Positions 1 through 7,542 of a stretch of 32,000 bases of DNA are shown here, piece by piece. Numbering within the stretch: the stretch's first letter is position 1; every line of letters begins with the position of its first letter. Under the pieces are notes generated by a model that saw only the letters and a program-made list of their open reading frames with translations, was not told the DNA's origin and did not search any database. This stretch comes from Flavobacteriaceae bacterium. Its GTDB lineage: Bacteria > Bacteroidota > Bacteroidia > Flavobacteriales > Flavobacteriaceae. The stretch lies in contig OZ245049.1 in assembly GCA_965224465.1 (NCBI GenBank), positions 1,920,001 to 1,952,000 on the forward strand, read 5' to 3'. Made by a program: the position numbers and the translations under genes.

Positions 1-792
1 TGGAGTTACAGCCGCGTGTTCACAGGCAAACATTTTTCCTGTACGACCAAAACCAGTGGCTATTTCATCTGCCACCAACAATACATTATACTGAACACAT
101 AAATCTTTGACTCTTTTTAAATATTCGGGATGATAAAAACGCATGCCTCCTGCTCCTTGAACAATAGGTTCCAATATAAATGCCGCTAATTGCGCATGAT
201 TTTCCTGAAAAAAAAAATGCACCTCTTCCATTTCTTGCGCATCAAACTCCTCGTAAAAACCAGCTTTAGGAGCCGATAAAAAATACTGAATAGTCAATTT
301 ATTATTAAAGATATGATGCATCCCTGTATCGGGATCACACACAGACATGGCATGCCAAGTATCCCCATGATACCCGTTTTTTATAGTAACAAAAGTATTT
401 TTCTGACCTTTATCTTGGGCATGCCAATACTGCAATGCCATTTTCATAGCTACCTCTACTGCTACAGATCCCGAATCACTATAAAACACATGCTCCAATC
501 CCTTAGGAACAATACTCAAAAGTTTTTTTGTTAATTCTATCGCTGGTTTATGCGTCAATCCCCCAAACATAACGTGAGCCATTTGCTCCAATTGATTCGT
601 AAGCGCCCTATTTAACACGGGATGATTATACCCATGAATAACAGACCACCAACTAGACATACCGTCTATCAGTCTAGTCCCATCCTCCAATTCTATAAAC
701 ACCCCTGTTGCTTTTTTTACCAATAAGTTATCCATCGGTTTTGTCGCTGAAGCATAGGGATGCCAAATATGTTTTTTATCAAATGCGATCAT
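1..792 (-). CDS. bioA: adenosylmethionine-8-amino-7-oxononanoate aminotransferase (BioA), N-terminal ~264 codons; the 3' end runs off the window
   Basis: Absent from the ORF track because there is no stop inside the window. My minus-strand translation from the ATG (complement of 790-792) reads [61 protein letters not shown]...[23 protein letters not shown]...[15 protein letters not shown]...[19 protein letters not shown]...[23 protein letters not shown]. This follows E. coli BioA motif by motif. It lies 22 nt downstream of bioB on the same strand. Confidence 0.9.
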   Translation of the reverse strand, partial: MIAFDKKHIWHPYASATKPMDNLLVKKATGVFIELEDGTRLIDGMSSWWSVIHGYNHPVLNRALTNQLEQMAHVMFGGLTHKPAIELTKKLLSIVPKGLEHVFYSDSGSVAVEVAMKMALQYWHAQDKGQKNTFVTIKNGYHGDTWHAMSVCDPDTGMHHIFNNKLTIQYFLSAPKAGFYEEFDAQEMEEVHFFFQENHAQLAAFILEPIVQGAGGMRFYHPEYLKRVKDLCVQYNVLLVADEIATGFGRTGKMFACEHAAVTP

Positions 793-814
793 TTTTTTTA
801 TTTGCATGGCCTTT

Positions 815-1774
815 TTAATCTATTGAAAACCCAGCATTTGTAAAATCTATAATATCTTCCTCTATATTTGAACCAATTGTGGTAAGGTAATCACCTGTTA
901 ATGCAGCACTAATCCCAGCGTGTAATGCCTTGTCTTGGAATTTTTTTATTTGCATACGTCCCCCAGCAAAACGCAAATTTGCTTTAGGATTTAAAAATCG
1001 GAACATTGCTATGGAGGTTAAAATTTCCTCTTCTGACAACATTTTAGTCCCTTCCAAGGGGGTTCCTTCTACAGCATTCAATAAATTTAGAGGAATAGAC
1101 TGCACATTTAACTCCTGTAACATCATAGCTAATTCTACACGATGCCCCATATTTTCTCCCATACCTATAATACCTCCAGAACAAATCTTGATACCTAAAC
1201 TTTGGGCTGTTTTTATAGTTTCAATTTTTTCATCAATGGTATGTGTTGTTACCAGTTCCTTAAAAAAAGAAGGTGCTGTTTCTAAATTACAATGGTAATG
1301 TTCAATCCCAACTTCGTCTTTTAACCTTGCCAACTGCTTTTTATTTATCAAGCCCATAGAGGCACATAAACTAATGTCCGTTTTCTTTTTTATTTCCTTA
1401 TAAATAGGAATCAACTTATCTAAAGTTCTATTATTAACTCTTCTACCACTTGTAACCAAAGAATGTCGCTTTACACCTTTTGCTGCATTTGCGACTACTT
1501 CTGCTACGGTATCCTTCATATCAACAATCTCATACTCGTCTACCTTAGTTTCGTAATGTCTGGATTGGCTACACCATTTACAATCCATAGCACAAGCACC
1601 CGACTTTGCATTTGTAATAGAACATAAATCCATGACGTTCCCGCAAAAATGTTCTCTAATTTCATCTGCCGCTTTATATAAAGCTTCTTTGTCTTTTACT
1701 TGAGTCAACAACAATCCGTCCTCATAGCTTAATAATTCGCCGTCTAACACTCTTCTTTTAAATAATTCTATCAT
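815..1774 (-). CDS. bioB: biotin synthase (radical SAM)
   Basis: 319-aa ORF with the radical-SAM CxxxCxxC motif ([13 protein letters not shown]) about 60 residues from the N-terminus and BioB-like sequence throughout. It is followed by bioA. Confidence 0.95.
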   Translation of the reverse strand: MIELFKRRVLDGELLSYEDGLLLTQVKDKEALYKAADEIREHFCGNVMDLCSITNAKSGACAMDCKWCSQSRHYETKVDEYEIVDMKDTVAEVVANAAKGVKRHSLVTSGRRVNNRTLDKLIPIYKEIKKKTDISLCASMGLINKKQLARLKDEVGIEHYHCNLETAPSFFKELVTTHTIDEKIETIKTAQSLGIKICSGGIIGMGENMGHRVELAMMLQELNVQSIPLNLLNAVEGTPLEGTKMLSEEEILTSIAMFRFLNPKANLRFAGGRMQIKKFQDKALHAGISAALTGDYLTTIGSNIEEDIIDFTNAGFSID

Positions 1775-1783
1775 AATTTTAAT

Positions 1784-1824
1784 AAAAAAAAAGTCCGTAT
1801 TCTATAAAATATAGAATACGGACT
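1784..1824 (-). terminator. perfect 15-bp hairpin plus T9 (minus-strand sense) between the 102-aa ORF and bioB
   Basis: Plus strand: A9 (1784-1792), AGTCCGTATTCTATA (1792-1806), loop AAA, TATAGAATACGGACT (1810-1824). Read on the minus strand, the stem is followed by nine T. It starts 4 nt after the stop of ORF 1829-2137, and the T-tract ends 9 nt before the bioB ATG (1774). Confidence 0.7.
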
Positions 1825-1828
1825 AGGT

Positions 1829-2137
1829 TTAGTTCATATATGTCATGGTCGAATAACCGAAATTATTTAACCTTAGTAATTGTAATAATATTGCTGTTTC
1901 CAGCATTTTATGTAAGGCAGCCTTTTCTCCGTAATCATCCTCGCTGATCCCTCCATTTTTCTCCAAATTAAACAAACGAATAGCCGATTGTTTTTTACTG
2001 TGAGATGATTCACATAAATCAAAAGATAGGCGTACAATATTTACTACCTTTTTCAAGACAGCAAATAGCGCATAGCTATTCCGGGTCCATCTTGAAAAGA
2101 CAACTCTATTGGAGCCTATGTATTTTTTGTGTTTCAT
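1829..2137 (-). CDS. hypothetical 102-aa protein (no family recognised)
   Basis: A 102-codon ORF in an otherwise stop-rich AT-rich intergenic context. It is preceded by a TTTG-N21-TAGTTTTG promoter-like box and followed by a strong intrinsic terminator. It has no signal peptide or TM segment, and I recognise no motif. Confidence 0.45.
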   Translation of the reverse strand: MKHKKYIGSNRVVFSRWTRNSYALFAVLKKVVNIVRLSFDLCESSHSKKQSAIRLFNLEKNGGISEDDYGEKAALHKMLETAILLQLLRLNNFGYSTMTYMN

Positions 2138-2144
2138 TTCGGGA

Positions 2145-2177
2145 CAAAACTAGCTAAATTTATTTATACTCCACAAA
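2145..2177 (-). promoter_or_regulatory. Bacteroidota sigma-A type promoter candidate (TTTG-N21-TAGTTTTG) for the 102-aa ORF
   Basis: The complement of 2145-2152 is TAGTTTTG (TAnnTTTG, -7 box). The complement of 2174-2177 is TTTG, with a 21-nt spacer. The -7 box ends 7 nt before the ATG, which implies a very short or absent leader. Confidence 0.35.
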
Positions 2178-2412
2178 ACATTTGTCATGAAATTTAGGAT
2201 AAGATATAATGCCTTAGATGTAAACAGCCTTTTAAACACCACATTGTTTAAGTTTTAAACACACATAAAAACTCACTTCAACAAGAGACAACCACCCCAA
2301 AACAGTACGATTAACTACTCAAAACCTAAGAAAAACAAACTAAAAAAGCGGTCCAAAAACACTCCTTAGAAAACCAATAGTATAATCCTCAGAAATTGAT
2401 TATTTTTGCCCC

Positions 2413-3972
2413 ATGATTAGAGAGATTCAACTTCGTATTCGACTTTCAGACGAAAAAAAAGAAGGTATTTTAATAAAAAAAGCCGCACATTATATAGATT
2501 GTGACGAAAAAGACATTACAGGAATTAAAGTATTGCGAAAATCCATAGATGCTCGCAAGCCTGTCATATTTTTTAATTACAAATTGGCAGTGTATTTGGA
2601 GGAGGAAATTCCGGTACAACAATTCGATTTTGATTTTAGAGATGTGACTGCCTCCAAGGAAATTCACATCATAGGCTTTGGACCTGCAGGAATGTTTGCA
2701 GCCTTGAGATGTTTGGAACTAGGGTACAAACCGATTGTATTAGAACGCGGAAAAAATGTACAAGAACGCCGTAGAGATTTACGAGCAATTAATCAATTTC
2801 ACGATGTAAACGAAGATTCTAATTATTGTTTTGGAGAAGGCGGCGCAGGAACGTATTCCGACGGGAAATTGTATACGAGAAGTTTAAAACGAGGAGATGT
2901 TCGTCGTGTTTTCGAGAATTTTGTACATCACGGAGCTACAGATGAAATTTTAATAGATGCACATCCACATATTGGAACCAATAAACTCCCTCAAGTAGTA
3001 CAAAATATTCGAAAAACCATCCTAAAAAACGGAGGAGAGATTCATTTTAACAGTCGCATGGTCGATTTTGAGGTCAAAGACAATAAAATACAATCTATTA
3101 TTTTGAATGATGGTAGAGAAATGACGGTAAATGCTGTTATTTTAGCCACTGGACATTCTGCCAGAGATATTTATTACCTATTAAATAAAAAAAACATCGC
3201 TTTAAAAGCAAAATCTTTTGCTATGGGAGTCCGGGTAGAACACCCTCAATCTATTATTGATGCAGTGCAATACCACTGTGATGGAAAAAGAGACGAATTA
3301 TTACCACCCGCAGCATACAGTTTAGTGCAGCAAGTGAACAATAGAGGTGTGTATTCTTTCTGTATGTGTCCTGGAGGATTTATTGTTCCTGCGGCAACTG
3401 CCAATGGCGAAGTAGTTGTAAACGGAATGTCTCCATCTAAAAGAAACAATCATTTTGCCAATTCTGGCATCGTTGTAGAAATTAACCACGAAAAGGATTT
3501 ATACAAATACGAATCTTTTGGAGTATTAAAAGGATTGGAGTTTCAAAAAGATTTTGAAAAATTAGCATTTAATGCAGGAGGACGATCACAAACAGCCCCT
3601 GCACAACGATTGACTGATTTTGTAGAGGGTAATTTTTCGAACAGTTTAAATAAGACATCTTATCAACCGGGACTAAAATCGGCACCACTACACTCTTTAT
3701 TTCCTAAATTTATTGGAAGTAGATTGCGTAAAGGGTTAAAAGCCTTCGGCGATAAAATGCATGGTTTTTACACTTCGGAAGCCAATATTATAGGTGTAGA
3801 GTCTAGAACTTCATCCCCTGTAAATATCCCGAGAAATGAACAATTAGAACATCCAGAGATCGAAGGCCTCTTCCCTTGCGGAGAAGGCGGAGGATATGCT
3901 GGTGGAATTGTTTCTGCAGCAATGGATGGTGAACGCTGTGCAGAAGCTGCCATTGCGTTGATGAACAAATAA
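2413..3972 (+). CDS. FAD/NAD(P)-binding oxidoreductase (COG2509-like uncharacterised FAD-dependent dehydrogenase)
   Basis: 519 aa with a Rossmann dinucleotide-binding motif (HIIGFGPAGMFAALRCLELGYKPIVLERG) and a second GG-rich motif near the C-terminus (FPCGEGGGYAGGIVSAAMDG). A TATTTTTG box at 2401-2408 lies just upstream of the ATG. Confidence 0.8.
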   Translation: MIREIQLRIRLSDEKKEGILIKKAAHYIDCDEKDITGIKVLRKSIDARKPVIFFNYKLAVYLEEEIPVQQFDFDFRDVTASKEIHIIGFGPAGMFAALRCLELGYKPIVLERGKNVQERRRDLRAINQFHDVNEDSNYCFGEGGAGTYSDGKLYTRSLKRGDVRRVFENFVHHGATDEILIDAHPHIGTNKLPQVVQNIRKTILKNGGEIHFNSRMVDFEVKDNKIQSIILNDGREMTVNAVILATGHSARDIYYLLNKKNIALKAKSFAMGVRVEHPQSIIDAVQYHCDGKRDELLPPAAYSLVQQVNNRGVYSFCMCPGGFIVPAATANGEVVVNGMSPSKRNNHFANSGIVVEINHEKDLYKYESFGVLKGLEFQKDFEKLAFNAGGRSQTAPAQRLTDFVEGNFSNSLNKTSYQPGLKSAPLHSLFPKFIGSRLRKGLKAFGDKMHGFYTSEANIIGVESRTSSPVNIPRNEQLEHPEIEGLFPCGEGGGYAGGIVSAAMDGERCAEAAIALMNK

Positions 3973-4020
3973 TAAGTCCATTTCTAAACCGTCACTTAGA
4001 AATGTATTTGGTATAATACG
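3967..4020 (+). repeat. dispersed intergenic repeat, copy A (core TCCATTTCTAAACCGTCACTTAGAAATGTATTTGGTAT, 3977-4014)
   Basis: The core is shared with 9167-9204, 28752-28790 and 24716-24761. It contains the inverted repeat CATTTCTAA/TTAGAAATG. It begins at the stop codon of the FAD oxidoreductase gene. Confidence 0.8.
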
Positions 4021-4056
4021 ATCTTTGAATAGTAAGCTACTCAGAGACTTCAAGAC

Positions 4057-4096
4057 AAAAGCGAAACATATTCTATGTTTCGCTTTTGTTTTTTTT
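4057..4096 (+). terminator. rho-independent terminator of the FAD oxidoreductase gene
   Basis: AAAAGCGAAACATA (4057-4070), loop TTC, TATGTTTCGCTTTT (4074-4087), followed by a T-run to about 4096. Confidence 0.8.
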
Positions 4097-4118
4097 ATAT
4101 TCACTTCTATATATAACA

Positions 4119-4153
4119 AGAAAAGCATCCTAATTATATCAGGATGCTTTTCT
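4119..4153 (-). terminator. rho-independent terminator of rpsT
   Basis: 13-bp stem AGAAAAGCATCCT (4119-4131) / AGGATGCTTTTCT (4141-4153), 21 nt downstream of the rpsT stop. T-rich sequence follows on the minus strand. Confidence 0.7.
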
Positions 4154-4174
4154 AAATATTGTTTTCTTTTAAAA

Positions 4175-4426
4175 CTAAAGAGCTGCTACGAAGCGAGTCA
4201 GTTTAGATTTTAAATTCCCCGCTTTGTTGGCGTGAATTACATTATTTTTTGCTAATTTATCTAACATAGCTACAACTTTCGGCAATAAAGCTTGCGCTTC
4301 GACCTTTTCCGTTGTTGCACGTAAATCCCTTACAGCATTACGTGTAGTTTTATGTTGATATTTATTTCTCAAGCGTTTAGACTCGTTACTTCTGATTCTC
4401 TTTAATGCTGACTTGTGATTTGCCAT
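4175..4426 (-). CDS. rpsT: 30S ribosomal protein S20
   Basis: The C-terminal 83 aa of track ORF 4175-4636 read [36 protein letters not shown]...KLTRFVAAL, a typical S20. The ATG is the complement of 4424-4426. The upstream part of the track ORF is read-through of the tRNA genes. Confidence 0.95.
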   Translation of the reverse strand: MANHKSALKRIRSNESKRLRNKYQHKTTRNAVRDLRATTEKVEAQALLPKVVAMLDKLAKNNVIHANKAGNLKSKLTRFVAAL

Positions 4427-4458
4427 TTGTAAATTACTTTGTAAATTGATAATTCTTG

Positions 4459-4530
4459 TAGTCCGTAGGGGAATCGAACCCCTGTTACATGGATGAAAAC
4501 CATGCGTCCTAACCCCTAGACGAACGGACC
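4459..4530 (-). tRNA. tRNA-Glu (anticodon UUC), copy 1
   Basis: The reverse complement is GGTCCGTTCGTCTAGGGGTTAGGACGCATGGTTTTCATCCATGTAACAGGGGTTCGATTCCCCTACGGACTA. It folds as a cloverleaf by hand: 7-bp acceptor, D arm GTCT/GGAC, anticodon stem CATGG/CCATG with loop TTTTCAT (anticodon TTC), and T arm AGGGG-TTCGATT-CCCCT. No encoded CCA. Confidence 0.9.
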
Positions 4531-4550
4531 GTTGTTTATTTTTCCGAGTG

Positions 4551-4581
4551 CAAATATAAAACTTTTTTTTATTTACACCAA
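4551..4581 (-). promoter_or_regulatory. promoter candidate TTG-N20-TATATTTG upstream of tRNA-Glu copy 1
   Basis: The complement of 4551-4558 is TATATTTG (TAnnTTTG). The complement of 4579-4581 is TTG, with a 20-nt spacer. The box lies 21 nt upstream of the mature tRNA 5' end. Confidence 0.4.
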
Positions 4582-4591
4582 CTTTATTTTG

Positions 4592-4663
4592 TAGTCCGTA
4601 GGGGAATCGAACCCCTGTTACATGGATGAAAACCATGCGTCCTAACCCCTAGACGAACGGACC
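4592..4663 (-). tRNA. tRNA-Glu (anticodon UUC), copy 2, identical to copy 1
   Basis: Same 72-nt sequence as 4459-4530, 61 nt upstream of copy 1 on the minus strand. Confidence 0.9.
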
Positions 4664-4704
4664 TAAATTTGCAACTTGAATCAATATGTTTCCGATTGCG
4701 GTTG

Positions 4705-4735
4705 CAAAAATACACTCTTTTTTGAATCTAGCAAC
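4705..4735 (-). promoter_or_regulatory. promoter candidate (G)TTG-N19-TATTTTTG upstream of tRNA-Glu copy 2
   Basis: The complement of 4705-4712 is TATTTTTG. The complement of 4732-4734 is TTG, with a 19-nt spacer. The box lies 41 nt upstream of the tRNA 5' end. Confidence 0.4.
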
Positions 4736-4753
4736 ACTTTTTTACAAAAACTT

Positions 4754-6229
4754 TTAATAAGATTTTGCAAACAGTACTCGATGCTTGGATTTCTTACCTG
4801 AAAAGACACAAATACCCTCCTCCTGCTTTACATCTAAAGGGATGCAACGTATTGAGGCTTTGGTAATTTCACTGATTTTATCCTCTGTTTCGGTGGTCCC
4901 GTCCCAGTGTGCAGAAATAAATCCACCTTTTTCCTTTAGTACTTTTTGAAACTCATCAAAAGTGTCTACTTCGGTCGTATGATCCTCTCTATAGGTTAAT
5001 GCACGTTGGTATAAATTGTCTTGAATAGCGACTAAAGTTTCTTGAACAAAAGACACAATCCCTTCAAAATCGACAATTTCTTTGGTCAACGTATCTCTAC
5101 GTGCTATTTCTACGGTTCCATTTTCTAAATCTCTTGGTCCCATCGCAATTCTCAACGGCACTCCTTTTAATTCGTACTCGGCAAACTTAAACCCAGGTTT
5201 GTGAGTGGTTCTATTATCAAATTTAACAGACACTCCTACTTTTCTCAATTCTTTTACCAATCCGTTTACTTTTTCAGAAATAGCGTCTAACTGCTCATCA
5301 TTTCTATGGATCGGAACAATCACCACTTGTATAGGCGCCAATTTAGGAGGCAACACCAACCCTAAGTCATCCGAATGCGTCATAATCAATCCACCGATCA
5401 AACGTGTAGAAACGCCCCAAGAGGAAGCCCAAACATATTCTCTCTTTCCTTCTTTGGAAGTATACTTCACATCAAAAGCTTTGGCGAAATTCTGCCCTAA
5501 GAAATGGGAGGTTCCTGCCTGCAACGCTTTTCCATCCTGCATCAATCCTTCTATACAATAGGTATCAATAGCACCTGCAAAACGTTCACTTTCTGTTTTT
5601 ACTCCTTTTATGACAGGCATCGCCATAAAATTCTGAGCAAATTCTTCATAAATATCTAAAATCAACTTTGTTTCTGTAATTGCTTCCGTTTCCAAAGCAT
5701 GCGCCGTATGCCCTTCTTGCCATAAAAACTCAGAAGTACGTAAAAACAAACGGGTACGCATTTCCCATCGCATTACGTTAGCCCATTGATTTATCAACAA
5801 AGGCAAATCTCTATACGATTCTATCCACCTTTTATAAGTACTCCAGATAATCGTTTCAGAGGTAGGTCTAATAATAAGTTCTTCTTCCAATTTCGCATCT
5901 GGATCAACAATCACACCGCTACCATCTTCTGCATTTTTCAACCTATAATGAGTCACAACAGCACACTCTTTTGCAAAACCGTCTACATGTTGCGCTTCTT
6001 TACTTAAATATGACTTGGGTATAAGTAAGGGGAAATACGCATTTTCATGTCCTGTTTCTTTAAACATTCTATCCAACTCTGCTTGGATCTTCTCCCAAAT
6101 TGCATAACCATAAGGCTTGATCACCATACATCCTCTAACACCAGAGTTTTCGGCTAAGTCTGCCTTTACAACCAGCTCGTTATACCACTTGGAATAATCT
6201 TCATCTCGTTTTGTTAAGTTCTTACTCAT
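4754..6229 (-). CDS. proS: proline--tRNA ligase (class II, archaeal/eukaryote-like short form)
   Basis: ProRS-like sequence throughout ([39 protein letters not shown], class II motifs, C-terminal ...HRVLFAKSY). I prefer the start [16 protein letters not shown] (complement of 6227-6229). The track ORF begins 6 codons earlier, at 6247. Confidence 0.95.
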   Translation of the reverse strand: MSKNLTKRDEDYSKWYNELVVKADLAENSGVRGCMVIKPYGYAIWEKIQAELDRMFKETGHENAYFPLLIPKSYLSKEAQHVDGFAKECAVVTHYRLKNAEDGSGVIVDPDAKLEEELIIRPTSETIIWSTYKRWIESYRDLPLLINQWANVMRWEMRTRLFLRTSEFLWQEGHTAHALETEAITETKLILDIYEEFAQNFMAMPVIKGVKTESERFAGAIDTYCIEGLMQDGKALQAGTSHFLGQNFAKAFDVKYTSKEGKREYVWASSWGVSTRLIGGLIMTHSDDLGLVLPPKLAPIQVVIVPIHRNDEQLDAISEKVNGLVKELRKVGVSVKFDNRTTHKPGFKFAEYELKGVPLRIAMGPRDLENGTVEIARRDTLTKEIVDFEGIVSFVQETLVAIQDNLYQRALTYREDHTTEVDTFDEFQKVLKEKGGFISAHWDGTTETEDKISEITKASIRCIPLDVKQEEGICVFSGKKSKHRVLFAKSY

Positions 6230-6287
6230 ATATAAAAAGTTTGGCATAAATATTGCGTATTTTCACAATATAAATACTAATTTGCAG

Positions 6288-6315
6288 CAAAACTAATTGT
6301 TTTTAGATTGTTCAA
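6288..6315 (-). promoter_or_regulatory. promoter candidate TTG-N17-TAGTTTTG for proS
   Basis: The complement of 6288-6295 is TAGTTTTG. The complement of 6313-6315 is TTG, with a 17-nt spacer. Confidence 0.35.
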
Positions 6316-6336
6316 CTAATAAAAAACACACTGATT

Positions 6337-7497
6337 ATGGAAGTTTTTACATTTTTAAAGCATAAACAACTAAAAATTGGCTTTTTCTCATTGCTTTTTG
6401 CAAGTTTAGCCTCTTGTGGAACTTATCAAAGCGTTTACAATTCAGAGGACGATGGCATCTACTCTTCTAATAGACAGGTACAAATAACAAGTGCCACTAC
6501 TACTGTAGAACCTAACGTACATTCAAAAGCGGGGAATACTTATTTCAGCCAATATGTATCAATGGATTACACAAACCTTGAACCTAGTGACATTGTTACA
6601 AACATCGAAGACATTGACTACGATGAAGAATACGGCAGTGACAACAGCTCCGAAAACAACAACAATGCCCCTTGGGAATACACTGACAATATAACTATAA
6701 GTGTCAATGCGTCACCATACTATTACGGGTACAATTCTTGGAATTATCCATATTACTCTCCTTATGGCTCTTCTTATTATTATGGGAATCGCCACTACAA
6801 CCCTTGGAGAAATTACCACCCATACCACAATCCTTATTACGCAAATAATTACGGCTATTATAATTCTTATTACGGAGATTATTATGGAGGTTATTATGGA
6901 CGATACAACAATTACGGATATAATAACTATTACAGAAACAGTTATTACACTCCTTATTATTACAAAAACAGAAGATCAACTTATTACAGTTCCTACGGAA
7001 AACGAGGTTCTTTATCTACAAAAAGACGCTACGCAGTAAATAGTAATAACAAATACAACACAAGTAAACGCAGCAGTAGCGTTAGTAAAAGAAACAGTAG
7101 AGAACGCCCATACACCACCTCTCGAAGAAGCAATTCTTCTTCCCAAAGACGTAGTGTTTACACCAATAGAAATGGCAACCGCTCTACAGGGAACACTGTA
7201 CGAAGAAATACCCGTAGCAATACACACAACAGAAGAGGGACAGCATCCAATACAAGAAGAAGCACTACTACCAATAAAAGAAGTTACACTCCTAAAAGAA
7301 GCTCTTCTTCTAACAAAAGATCTTACTCCCCCAATAGGAGAAGTAATAGCAGTAGTAGTTCTAACAACAGTTCCTACTCTACCAACAGAAGAAGCAACAG
7401 TAGCTCTAGTAACAGATCCTACAACAGTCGAAGTTCTTCTGGAAGTTCTTCTCGAAGCAGTGGACGATCAACAGGAGGATCAAGAAGACGTGGATAA
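6337..7497 (+). CDS. predicted lipoprotein with extreme low-complexity architecture (acidic linker / Tyr-Asn-Gly-rich block / Arg-Ser-rich basic tail); function unknown
   Basis: Signal peptide plus lipobox (FFSLLFASLAS-C at residue 27). Residues ~36-118 are acidic (SEDDG, EDIDYDEEYGSDNSSENNNN). Residues ~126-221 (nt ~6712-6999) read SPYYYGYNSWNYPYYSPYGSSYYYGN...YYGDYYGGYYGRYNNYGYNNYY. Residues ~222-386 are almost only R/S/N/T/K and end in GGSRRRG. Several other frames are open here only because of the composition. Confidence 0.7.
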   Translation: MEVFTFLKHKQLKIGFFSLLFASLASCGTYQSVYNSEDDGIYSSNRQVQITSATTTVEPNVHSKAGNTYFSQYVSMDYTNLEPSDIVTNIEDIDYDEEYGSDNSSENNNNAPWEYTDNITISVNASPYYYGYNSWNYPYYSPYGSSYYYGNRHYNPWRNYHPYHNPYYANNYGYYNSYYGDYYGGYYGRYNNYGYNNYYRNSYYTPYYYKNRRSTYYSSYGKRGSLSTKRRYAVNSNNKYNTSKRSSSVSKRNSRERPYTTSRRSNSSSQRRSVYTNRNGNRSTGNTVRRNTRSNTHNRRGTASNTRRSTTTNKRSYTPKRSSSSNKRSYSPNRRSNSSSSSNNSSYSTNRRSNSSSSNRSYNSRSSSGSSSRSSGRSTGGSRRRG

Positions 7498-7542
7498 TAA
7501 TTAAATTTAACCCCATTTAGGACACCTAAAAATTTATCGAAC

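Noticed and set aside
930-1298. Antisense or alternative-frame ORFs inside well-supported genes (e.g. 313-534, 930-1298, 2470-2667, 3246-3449, 3768-3968, 3844-4128, 4025-4213, 5205-5561, 5786-6007, 10156-10479, 12555-12831, 13676-13879, 14226-14510, 16069-16308, 16580-17011, 17330-17860, 18128-18724, 22148-22351, 25507-25941, 26155-26647, 27112-27378, 27703-27933, 29397-29591, 30130-31456, 31583-31897)
   Set aside because: Each lies within or opposite a gene with strong family-level identity. None has a recognisable motif, so they are the expected shadow ORFs.
4427-4636. N-terminal 70 codons of track ORF 4175-4636 ([16 protein letters not shown]...)
   Set aside because: This part is a translation straight through two tRNA-Glu genes and their spacer. 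The real gene is rpsT, starting at MANHKSALK (4426).
6701-7504. Overlapping alternative-frame and antisense ORFs (6701-7039 +, 7154-7504 +, 6704-6979 -, 7012-7227 -)
   Set aside because: They are open only because the low-complexity TAC/AAC/AGA/AGC-type codon composition of the lipoprotein gene lacks stop triplets in the other frames. They have no signal, no start context, and implausible I/T-rich or similar products.
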